Origin: Octopus vulgaris
Taxonomy: Eukaryota
Direction: 5' to 3'
Length of the DNA stretch: 64,000 nt
Assembly (NCBI GenBank): GCA_951406725.2
Contig: OX597816.1
Span: forward strand, 44,268,001 to 44,332,000
The position numbers were made by a program, and so were the translations under genes. Below, in pieces: positions 1-10,129 of the stretch. The notes under the pieces were generated by a model. The model searched no databases and had not been told where the DNA came from. It saw only the letters and a program-made list of their open reading frames with translations. Positions within the stretch are counted from its first letter, which is position 1. Each line of letters starts with the position of its first letter.

Positions 1-221
1 TAAAATTTGCCATTTAGGCATTTACAAAGAGGGGACAAACAAGGACAGACAAATATAAAGGGTGAAGTAGCTTAACACAGTTACAATTTTCGAATGAAAT
101 TACGGATAAGATTATAAACAATGAATTTTACGAAGGCAATGTTTAAAAATATTAATGATCATGTCGAAGGACGGACACCCAGTCATCCGGGTAGAACCTT
201 TACTTTCTGATCCGGTCACAC

Positions 222-3200
222 TTACCTGGTGCCAAACATACCCATCTTGTATGCCACAGGCTTCCATCTTTTCACAAACATATCTCGTGACAGACACCTC
301 TTCTCCAGCCTGATTTTGCTACTGAGGTGGTAACTAAAAAAGTTAATCAACCCCTGGCCGGAGACAAAGGTGCCTGTCACTATACCTTTCGTACGCGTCT
401 TCCATACTGTTTCTTTCAGTATGGCTACTACACAGAAAAAACAAGCCTTTCTTTCCCTGTTAAGGAAAGGGGGCGGCACAATCTCGATGATAGACTCAGC
501 TGATAGCTGTACTCTTCCCATCACTGATAACAGTTGTTCAACAAAAGCTATCAGTCCCGATAACTCCGGACACTCCACGAATGCGTGCAAGACGGTCTCC
601 CTATCCTGCTCACATCGCGGGCATGTCGGCGAGACGGCACTACCGTGCCTTGACAGCTTGTCGCGAACAGGTAAAGCCGCACGGAAACACTGCCAGGCCA
701 GGGATTTCTGGTAATTATCCAGATACCCCGGCCCGAACGTCCTCCGGAACAGGTTGACCAACTGATTTTCATCGTAGCCCAGGGTCTCCCCCAAGGCTTC
801 TTCGGACTTAATCTCCACTAACCCGCTATAGAAATCCGTGGTGGAACTCCTGTTGCCGGCGTTGCCCACCCGAGATAGTAGCTGGAGCGCCTGACGGCAC
901 TCCAAATGCCATTCACTCAGTTTAGGTCTCCGCTTGATCCATGCACCGATGTCCGTTAGGGATGTTAACTGGGGAAGGTAGAACCGGACGTGCGGTGACC
1001 ACACCTGCTCTCCATCCAGGTAAAGCCAGAGGTGCCTCAACCTTAACGCGAGTTTTCGCATCCTCAGCCAAGGTATCCCTAGTCCACCCTTTAGCGGTTT
1101 CTGGCAGCAGACAGAGCGCTTTACAAGTGGCTTTCCTCCTTTCCACAAAAATCGGAAAAGGATTCTCTCCAACTTGTTCAGCCATAAATCGGGGCAAGGC
1201 ACCACGGTCAGACGGTAGGTGATTACTGATGCTATAAACATCTGCACCACCTCTGTCTTCCCTAGCAGGGATAACGCCCGCCCAGACCAGGTCTGGGTTA
1301 GAGCGGTCACCTTGTTGGCCACCTCACTCCAATTTTTCTCAATCTGGAGGTCTGGCCCGAACCAGACTCCGAGCAGCTTAACAGGACCTTCCGTCCAACG
1401 CCCTACGACGTTATTGGACGGCATCGGCTTGCCCCTCCAGGTGCCGAGTTACAAACCGACCGACTTGTCCTTGTTAACCTATGCTCCTGCCACCGCCTCG
1501 TAGCTTTTGATGGCCTCTTCCACCACTGGAAGCTGGCCTTCGTCTGCCACGATGATGGAGGTGTCATCCGCATACGCCGTAGCTCCTCTTCCACACCATA
1601 GATCATGCGGCGCGCCCCCTAGTGCCTCCAACTTCCGCAGCAAAGGCTCAAGAGCCAATACGTATAGGAGCGAGGACAGGGGACACCCTTGACGAACTGA
1701 ACGCTCGATCCTGAACGGCTTAGAAAAGGAACCGTTCACCTTGACTACAAACTCGATGTCGCTATACAAAGCAGCGATCCAGCCTCGAAAGGTCGGGCCT
1801 AGGCCAGCCTCTCCGAGGACCGCCGCCAGGTACCGATGGTCGACCCTATCAAATGCTTTGGACTGGTCTAAATGTACCAATGCTCCCCCTGCGCCAGAAA
1901 GCTTCCCCACCCTCTCTAAGGAGTAGCGTATAAGGTGGAGATTGTCGTGGATCGTTCTGCCGGGGATAGCGCACGTTTGCGCATCCCCGACAAGTTTGTC
2001 CACGACCCGCGCCAACCTTTTTGCTAGCACCTTGGCCAGAATCTTTATCTCTGTGTTTAACAGAGTTATGGGCCTGAAGTTCCCTATCTCGTCCCCCTTG
2101 TTCGGGTCCTCCCTGATCAACGTCACCGCCCCCGGCTCGCAGACTTGGGAATTCTCCCATTCTGCTGCCAGTTGGCGTAGACGCTAGCCAGCAGGTGCCC
2201 GAACAAGTCTGGCATACTTCTATAAAATTCATAGGGCAGACCATCGAGACCCGGCGACTTCTCCCTGGGGCACTTGCCCAACACCTCGATTACTTCCTCG
2301 GCTGTGATTGGCCCTTCACAGCACTCAGCCTCTCGTGTCGAGAGGCGCGGGCCACCAGACAGGAAGTCCCTAAGGGCCTCACCATGATCCAGCGTCCCGC
2401 ACCTCCCGAACAACTCGGCGAAGTGCTTGTGAAGTGCCTCACACATCTCGTCCCGCTTCTTGATCGTGCATCCGTTTTCATCAACAAGAGACCCAATTGT
2501 GGCATCGTTTCCACGCTGTGTTTCTATCGTACGGGCCCATCCGGCAACATTAATTCCCTCACGGCCCAATGCTCGTACTTTAGCCCGGACTCTACATCCC
2601 TCATGTTTGGTTTTGAGGTGACGGTCTAATGCCGTTCTCGCCGCTAAAATGTGAGATGCAGAGCCCAACCTCAACGCCTCCTCTAAGTTCTTAACTAGTT
2701 GCCCTTCTATTCTAGCCCTATCTAGTCTTAGTTGTTTACTAAATCTAATGGACTCGAATCGAATGGCTCTTTTGAGGGTGAACCACCACCGGTTATTAAC
2801 CACGGCTCCGGTTAACGCCCTCTGCACTAACACCTTAATCCGGCTACGGTATGCCTCGCGTGTCAAAATAGACTTGTTCAGCTTCCAGTAGCCGGTTCCT
2901 ATCTTAAATGTGCTATCTATGTCCAGTCTACACGTGACCATTCTATGGTCAGTATAGGGCACCTGGACGAGCTGTGGACAACTGAAACTAGACTTATCTC
3001 TAGTTCTTATCACTATCCTGTCTAGGTAAGACTTGAACCTTCCGTCGCCACTCATCCAGGTCCACTCTGGGACGTTCGGATGGTCAAGTCTGTAACGATC
3101 TGCCAGCTGAAACCGCTTAAGCAGATCCACGAGACGTGAGTTCACTTTCCTATAGATCGAGCCAACGCTATCGATGTGTACGTCAACGATAGCATTAAAG

Positions 3201-3622
3201 TCCCCTAATATCACTAAAGTCTTCGACGTCACGAGAAAGCCCTCTAGGCGCCGATAAAAATCAGTTTGGAAGCCTCTAGCACAAGGTGCATATAGTCCGA
3301 TCAACCTGAAGGCCTTACTGCTGTATGTCACATCAAGGACGACCAGCCCACCTTCTGGGTCTACATAGACTGTACTTGTCTGTAGAGCCAAGTCTTTACG
3401 GATCAGTACCACTACGCCCCCTCGCCCTCCGGTCTGGCCAGGAGACATGATTTTCTCGTAGCCATTTAGGAGAGGCGAGAAGGTTTGTAGGCTGTCCAGC
3501 TTGGTCTCTGTAGCAACCATCACATGTATATTATGTGATCTGAGGTCGTCGAGGAAACAAGCCTGCTTCCACTTCGAACTCAGACCACGCACATTTAAAC
3601 AACCAAGGTTAAGCGAAGCCAT
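222..3622 (-). CDS. Tx1 ORF2 (APE endonuclease, reverse transcriptase, CCHC finger), split by two frameshifts near 2125 and 1480
   Basis: ORF 2123-3622: LNVRGL, ATETK, GDFN, LDR, TDH, GYWKLN, KSPGLDGLPYEFY. ORF 1479-2126: NFRPITLLNTEIKILAKVLA, LDQSKAFDRVDH, RQGCPLS, AYADD. ORF 222-1424: KLLGVWFG, GGLG, CPRC..ETVLHAFVEC. Confidence 0.93.
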
Positions 3623-3639
3623 TACAAAAAGTAAAAGTT

Positions 3640-5063
3640 CTACTTACGTTTCGTTGGAGAGGTGGGGGCCGACCTCGCCACACGTTTGTGGGCCCCTTCT
3701 TTCTCCTCTTTCTTCAGATAGTCCGGCAAGTTCGCGATATGCCGGATGGCGTTTGGGTGTCTGTCTTTTAATTGTTTGAACGTTGTTTCCGCAATCCACG
3801 CGTGTCTATTTCGATCTTTGTATTCGTTGTACAGTCTTGCTGACTGATGCTGAACCACAATATCGTTTATGTATTTGTCTTGTGTGTCGAATTCAATTAA
3901 TATGAGTTCATTTTCTTTTTTGTTTTTTTTTCTGGGCCAGTTGAGCGGGATTTTTTTTCCGTGTCTGTTGTGTGTCTTTGTTTTTATTACTTTTTGTAGG
4001 GGATGTGGACGGGGATGCTGCACGAATTCTTTTACGAACTGGTGTAAATCACCCCTCTGATACCTCCATGGTATCGTCTGGGGTGGCAATGGTTTGTTCG
4101 GTAGGCGCCGCAGTTTTTAGGGGGGTGGGAGGTTTTAATAGTGTAGGGGTTTGTGAGTGCGAGGGCTGGGTTTTTTCTTCAGTCTGTTTTGGGGTTGGCA
4201 CCGTAACAGCGGGAGTGGGATTTTTTGTTTTTGTAGGGGTAGGTGTGTTTGCCAGGGTAGGAACTTTTTTATTATCTGAGGGGCCTGGTGTCTGCGGTTT
4301 CTTTTGCTTGTCGGGACAGTCTACACGAATGTGGCCCTTTTTGCCGCAGGCGTAACAGGTGGGTTTTCGGCCTTCGACCTGTACCCTGAGGGCTACGTCT
4401 CGCCCACGAGCACCCTCTCAGGAAGGAGCTGCAGGTCCTCCGCTGTTCCTTGAATTAATATATTAATGTTACGCCCGAGCCAAAATCGAGGGGTAGAGCA
4501 TATTACTTCTAGTATTTTTATTTTGTCCGCCCTTTTATATAATAGGGCGGCCACTACCTCTACCGGATCGACTTCCGGCGGGGCTTCTACAATCCTGACC
4601 CGGGACGTCCTGCGTCCCCTATAGCTTGGAAAAAGTACCACCTCCTTGGTTTTTAGGGGGTTTACAGAATGCCCGCGGGCCATTTCTTCCCCGAGAAGCG
4701 GACATCCACTGTGCCATATGCCCGTCCCCTGGCGACGTACACGATGTCCTTCCAAATCGGGGACAGGCATTTCTCGATGGTACTTTTTTCAAAGTGTTTG
4801 AACCTTCTGCTTTGTGGACAGAAAGTTTTAAACACTACGGTCCGCTTCTCGGTCTCCACGATACTGGCGGAGGGTGATATTTTAACATCACTACCCTCCT
4901 CTTGCATTTTTTTAAATAGCTCGACGAGCTGGTTGACATCGATATCAATTTTCTCGGTAGCCACTGCGGCTACCTCAGAAAATTTTTTAACATTGCTCTC
5001 CTCAAGAGCACTACTTTCGTGAATAATTTCAACAGACATTATTCTGTTGAAATTAGACAACAC
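3640..5063 (-). CDS. Tx1 ORF1, gag-like nucleic-acid-binding protein with CCHC knuckle; frameshifted
   Basis: Pieces 4662-5063, 4393-4770 and 3640-4089, plus the knuckle VEGRKPTCYACGKKGHIRVDCP read on the minus strand near 4313-4380. Ends 17 nt before the ORF2 ATG. Confidence 0.85.
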
Positions 5064-5445
5064 AAAAATTACGAGTATTGGTTTCCCACAAAACTGGGAA
5101 ACCTATAGAAAGTTTTTCTTCCAAAGTAGTTCAAAAAAGCAGTTCAAAAATTCCAATTCCCACCCCCATTCGGGGGAGGGGCATGAAATTAGTCTGGCAG
5201 GACTATGTATAGTCACGTAAATAAAAAGCCACAGTGGCTAACAGTTCAACGGTAAGAAATTATTCAATTATTTCCCGGTAAAACCGGAGAACAAGACAGT
5301 TCAGCAACGTTTAAAGGCAAATTTTCAGTAGTAGGAATTCAACAATTAACAACACAGCAAAACTCTTACCGGGAAGAAAACGCGTCCACACCGTAGTACG
5401 GTAAGCAAAGTCACTCTTCTGTCAGTGAGGTTAGCAAAGCTACTT

Positions 5446-7445
5446 TATTTTATATAATTTGCCACTAGGGCAGCACACAGAGTAGTAGCTACGGGCTGGA
5501 CAAGGACATTAATGGATGATGGTGGTGGTGGATGAAGATGGTGATGGGAGAAGTCGAAAGCGCCCGCCGACTTTCGCTTCTCTAAAACAATGTTTCAATA
5601 AATACATTTAATAAAATGTTCACAATGATTCAAATTACATAAAAAATGTTCAACAATTCTTCTCGTCAGGTCCCCGAAGCAAATTGTCTTGCCGCCTGCA
5701 GACAACTCTGCGACGACAAGTCGGGGCCTGCAAAGAGAAAGGTAAAGTCTTTCTTTTCAAAGGTCTCTGCGACCCTTGACAAAGTATCTTCTGTTACTTT
5801 TTCCGCAGCTACCTGCGGAGGCCATAACGGACTCCTTGAGCCGACCGTGCCCTTACGCTCTCGGTCACCCAAGCCATTCAAGAATCTTTCCACCTCCTCT
5901 CCCTTGTGGTAAAGGAGGAGAAGCATCTCCTCTTCACAGGGAGGGACTCACACTGCTCCGTCAGTGGCACACTTCCTACTGGCGGAGCCTTGTCCGCGGG
6001 TGGCACACATCCCACCCGCGGCTCCGTCGGCGACACAGAAACGTCAGTCGTCCGACCTCTCCTTTTTCTCCTCCTTCTTTTGGGGGAGACTGCTGACCCA
6101 GGGGACTCCGTCACCAGACACGGGGGATTGCTATCCCCCTTCGCCCCCTGAGCGTTCTTTGGCGGGCAACCATTGTTGCTCGCCTTTCTCTTTCTTTTCG
6201 TGGAGGCAACCTCCTCCACGACTTCCATCGTCTCCCCCTCCAATGAGGGGGCGGCGGGCGCCTTTTCCCCTCTCTGCTCCGGGGCACCACCACGGCCCCT
6301 GGGACAATTCTTCCTGATATGTCCGGGCTTCAGGCACAGGTGACACTTGGGGGGGCGACCCTCGAGTATCACCGGGTACCTGTGCCCAGCCATTCTCAGG
6401 AAGTCCGGGAATTTCATTTCTCCCACGGCTACCGGTGTCCACAGGGTCAAAGTTGCCCTCGACCCCTGCCAGGCGACCGCGGGAGCCACCTTCACACTCA
6501 GCAGTCTGGGTCCGCTATCCCCCAGGCCTCGCCGGATGGTCTTCTCGATCCATTCCGCCTCCGTGCCCGGGGGCAGCCCACACACCCAGGCTCTTTTCAC
6601 TTTTCTGCCACAATACGAGGGGAGGAACAAAATTTCCTCTCCCTCCAGTGGCTCGCTAGCAAATCTGCTAGCTTCCTCGGGGGTACCAAACAGCAACCAC
6701 ACCGTTGCAAATTTAGTCCCACGAGAAATAAATTTTATAGTTGGCAGGTATTCCCCCAACTCTTTCTCTATAGTATTCCTGTCGAAGAGGGCAATGGCTC
6801 CACGCGACCTAGAATAGGTTCGTAGGACCACCGTCCTCTTCTCAAGACTTTCAATCCACTGCTTGGGTGGGACGACCTCCCATTCCAAAGCGGTGGTTTC
6901 TTTTGTTGCCATGTTTTTTGTTTTTTTTTGTTTTTTTTTTATAAATAAATGTATTTAGAATAAAACTAAAAAACGAGAAGAAAAGGAAATCCGAAGAAAG
7001 TCACAATGAAAAAAGGAGAGAGTCAAATAAAGTTGAAAAGAAAGTCAAATAAAGTTAAAAAGAAAGTCAAAAACACAGGAAAATCCTTTTGGCCATTTGG
7101 TACTCCCGGCCTAAATCGAACCAGGATCGCACAACTTCCACAAAAATTGGTGTAAAATTGGTAGTTCTTCACAGCACCATACAATTTTCACAATTCGAAG
7201 ACGGATACGCCCCCAAAAATTTTCTCAGCGAGAAAAATATATCTGCCACATGTCGGCAGAATCAGAATTCTGAATCCAGTAGGACTTCCTGCATGTAAAA
7301 AATAATTCTCAACAAAAACTCCCACTGGACACAGAAAACAGAATCTTATCTTACATGGGGCTTCCAAAGTTTCAATTCAAGACGGCTTCAAAAGCACATC
7401 TTCACTGCTTCAGTAGCAAACACAACACTGACTCGCACATGCGCA
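5446..7445 (-). mobile_element. ORF1-only non-autonomous Tx1-derived retroelement (element 2, about 2.0 kb)
   Basis: Flanked by target copies at 5430-5445 and 7446-7461. Has a 5' UTR, ORF1, a 3' hairpin TGCC-CTAGT-GGCA and an A-rich end. No ORF2 sequence recognisable. Confidence 0.85.
5666..6912 (-). CDS. Gag-like ORF1 of element 2 with CCHC knuckle; probable frameshift near 5920
   Basis: EKRTVVLRTYS, LFLPSYCGRK and LEGRPPKCHLCLKPGHIRKNCP align with element 1 ORF1 (EKRTVVFKTF, LFPSYRGRR, VEGRKPTCYACGKKGHIRVDCP). C-terminus probably continues in ORF 5666-5926. Confidence 0.85.
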
Positions 7446-7461
7446 GTTAGCAAAGCTACTT

Positions 7462-8933
7462 TATTTCAACTATTTTGCCATAAAGGCATTACATAGAGGG
7501 GACACTACAAAAACATGTGGAGACATATAACAATTAAAAATAAAATGATACTGTGAGTGACATGAAAATGAACGTGAGAAAATAAATTAAGTTTATGATA
7601 ACATGCATGATATCTGAAAATGAAATATGAAATATGACGAGTGTGCTACTCACCCCACTTTGAGCAACACCACTCGCTGCCTTTGAGTCTGAATTCTTCT
7701 CTAATCTCTGGTCTAGTCCTCCTTTTTCCATTCTCGCTATCGCTTAAAGACAACTTTCTTTCGCAACCTTTTTCACCGGGGGAGGGGTTTTCTGAATTCT
7801 GTGGTGTCTGCTCTTTTTTCTTTTTCTTTTTTTCTTGTGGGGAAAGGGTGTGGGTGGGTCTGGTGTCTTTATGGGGCGGGTGGGTCTGAGTGGTCTTGGG
7901 TGGGATGGAGTTGGACTGGGGTACAATTTCACACTCAGTGTTCTTTCTTTTCTTCCTCTTCTTACTTCTGCTCTCTGCTACTATCCATTCTACCTCCTTT
8001 CGTCCGTCTTTGTCTTCGTCCTCTTTTTCTTCTTCTTTGTCTCCGCAACTGGTTCATCTATTTTTTCCTCTTTTTCTTCTGTAGGGGGCAGTGTGCTCTA
8101 ATGTGGCCTTTTTGGCCACATTTAAAGCACCGCGGGGTTCTGCCTTCTACCCATACTCTCAGTACCATTTCTCCCACTGACACCGTTTCCGCCAAATTTT
8201 CCAGCTCCTTCGCCTCCGCTTGTATGGTCATTTCCAGTAATTTTCCTTTGTAACTTCTTTCCTCTGTCTCTGTGGCTTGGAGGACAGTCACCTCCTCACT
8301 TCCAACGAGGACGGCTGCCGCAACCCAAGCCACCTTTATGTCAGGTGGAATTCCTTCTACCCTCACCTTAGAATTTTTTCTTCCAAGATAAGAGGGTAGA
8401 AGCACCAGTTCCTCAGCTTTTACGGTTGCACTTGCCAGCCTCCTCGCCTCCTCCTCTGTTTTAAACTGGACAACCACCGTCCCATATCCGCTTCCGTTTG
8501 CTATGTATGTTACTTCGTTCGAAAGCCCCTTTTTCTATTTTTTCCATATTCATCTGCTCCACTCTCCTACTCTCCACTGAGTGCACCTTGTAGGTGATGG
8601 TTTTCCTTTCCATATTCACCATGACCGTTTTCGGGGGTAGTAACTTTACGTCACTTCCCACCTTCTGTGTCATCTTATACAGCTCCTTCAGTTCAGTCAG
8701 GTCCACTTCCTTTCTCTTCACTCCCGCCGCGTCAGCAAAACTCTTCATTTTCTCCAAATGTTGGTCCATCCTGTTCACCGCCTTAACGAGCTCCTCCTCA
8801 GATGTGGACAGCTCGTACTCGCTAAGGTCCGAATACATTATTTTCCACTCGCCAACAAACCGCTGGCGAGCAGCTCAAAGGATTCTGTCCGCCTAGTCAA
8901 AACTTGACACAGTAAACAACTCGACGCATGCGC
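7462..8933 (-). mobile_element. ORF1-only non-autonomous Tx1-derived retroelement (element 3, about 1.47 kb)
   Basis: Flanked by target copies at 7446-7461 and 8934-8948. About 95-nt 5' UTR, ORF1, and 3' tail GTCCCCTCTATGTAA-TGCC-TTTAT-GGCA with an A-rich end. No ORF2. Confidence 0.85.
7744..8838 (-). CDS. Gag-like ORF1 of element 3; frameshifted; C-terminal boundary uncertain
   Basis: 8461-8838 (KSFADAA..GSDVK..ERKTITYK..SRR..IEK) aligns with element 1 4662-5063. 8058-8477 has LLPSYLGRK and VEGRTPRCFKCGQKGHIRAHCP. Confidence 0.83.
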
Positions 8934-8971
8934 GTTAGCAAGCTACTTACCACACAGCCACTCCTGCGCCT
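8934..8971 (-). mobile_element. 5' head of tRNA-derived SINE family A, interrupted by the Tx1 array
   Basis: Reverse complement AGGCGCAGGAGTGGCTGTGTGGTAAGTAGCTTGCTAAC matches the start of SINE copies at 52811, 30897 and 42133 (minus). Confidence 0.9.
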
Positions 8972-10129
8972 ATGTTTATTAATTTTTAATGCTTACTGAC
9001 AAACCTACGTATTGCGGAAGAGAATTGATATAATAATAGCAGGTACTGAATTATATGAAATAGTATTAAGTGATGAGAGTTTATACCATTAATAGGGTTA
9101 GCTTCATTTCATAAACATGGTTTCGTGTCCCAGCAGTATTTACATTTATAATGGTATATTCAAGCTTCGAATTATTTTTTTTTCTTTGTTTCTTTCTTGC
9201 TTTTTTTTTTGAGGGGGCGGAGAATGAAGTTAGACTACCCAGTCATACACAAACAGACACATGTTAACAGACATAGATGTTAACTCAAACACACACACAC
9301 ACGCAAAACTAACTCTAAAATATCTATTTTATTGTACACTGTCACAGCTATCTATTTAAGATTTCATCTTCTTGATGTATTCTAACGAAAAGCAATATTT
9401 TTTTTATGTGTATGTACGTGTATGCGTGTATGTGTATTCGTGTTGAACACTAACTGGAGCAAATTGTTTGTTTAAGTACCTACTAAATTGTCAGTCATCC
9501 TCTTCGGACGCATGAAGAGACCAGATCTTTACCTTGTCCAATTAAAAGACGTGTATATGTTTCCTCGTGATAGTAAAATACATTCCACTTGCTGCAATTA
9601 AGTGCACAATCTCTCAGCCAGCAATATACGCGTCGGTCGACTCATGAAGTGTAATTAGATTTTCGGGCTCAAGTTGGACCTGTAAAACGCTTTATGCACA
9701 TATAACAAGAACAAAATTGAACGACCAGCATCGTATTGCAGAAGTTAGGAGGAGCGAAACGAAAGTTTGCATCGATAGCCAGGCAGTAAAATCTGCAATA
9801 TTTCGATTATGTTATTAGGGTCCAGTTCACGTGAGCCCACGGGTGAATGCAGAAAAGAAAAATAGGCTTCCAAGCGAAAAGTATGAAGATAGAGCAATGG
9901 CTTGGAAAAGTAGTCGAAGAGGATCCTCGCAGAGTCTATGGCTGAAGCAAGTGACTGATATGTGTGAGTGTGGCGACAATGGGTTGTTGTATCTGAGGCT
10001 GTTGACCTTCAGCCATGAGGATGGACAACATCCAGCTCCTCTTTATCACTGTAAATATATATCATGCAAACAGGTTTCAAAGAAAAAAGACTACACGTGG
10101 CATATAGTAATAGGGGAAAAGTAAAAAGT

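Larger units (their letters stand above)
1..5429 (-). mobile_element. Near full-length Tx1-type (L1 clade) non-LTR retrotransposon, element 1 of a tandem array; 3' end runs just off the window edge
   Basis: About 370-nt 5' UTR, gag-like ORF1 with a zinc knuckle, ORF2 with APE endonuclease, RT and CCHC, and a 3' hairpin TGCC-TAAAT-GGCA at 8-20. Bounded at 5430-5445 by target-site copy gttagcaaagctactt. Confidence 0.93.

Noticed and set aside
370-6825. Plus-strand ORFs overlapping the Tx1 elements
   Set aside because: Antisense shadows of GC-richer coding sequence, with no recognisable domains.
9533-9680. Minus-strand exon-like segment (tttacag ... aag|gtaaag)
   Set aside because: Stops in all three frames. 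A non-coding exon cannot be supported without RNA data.
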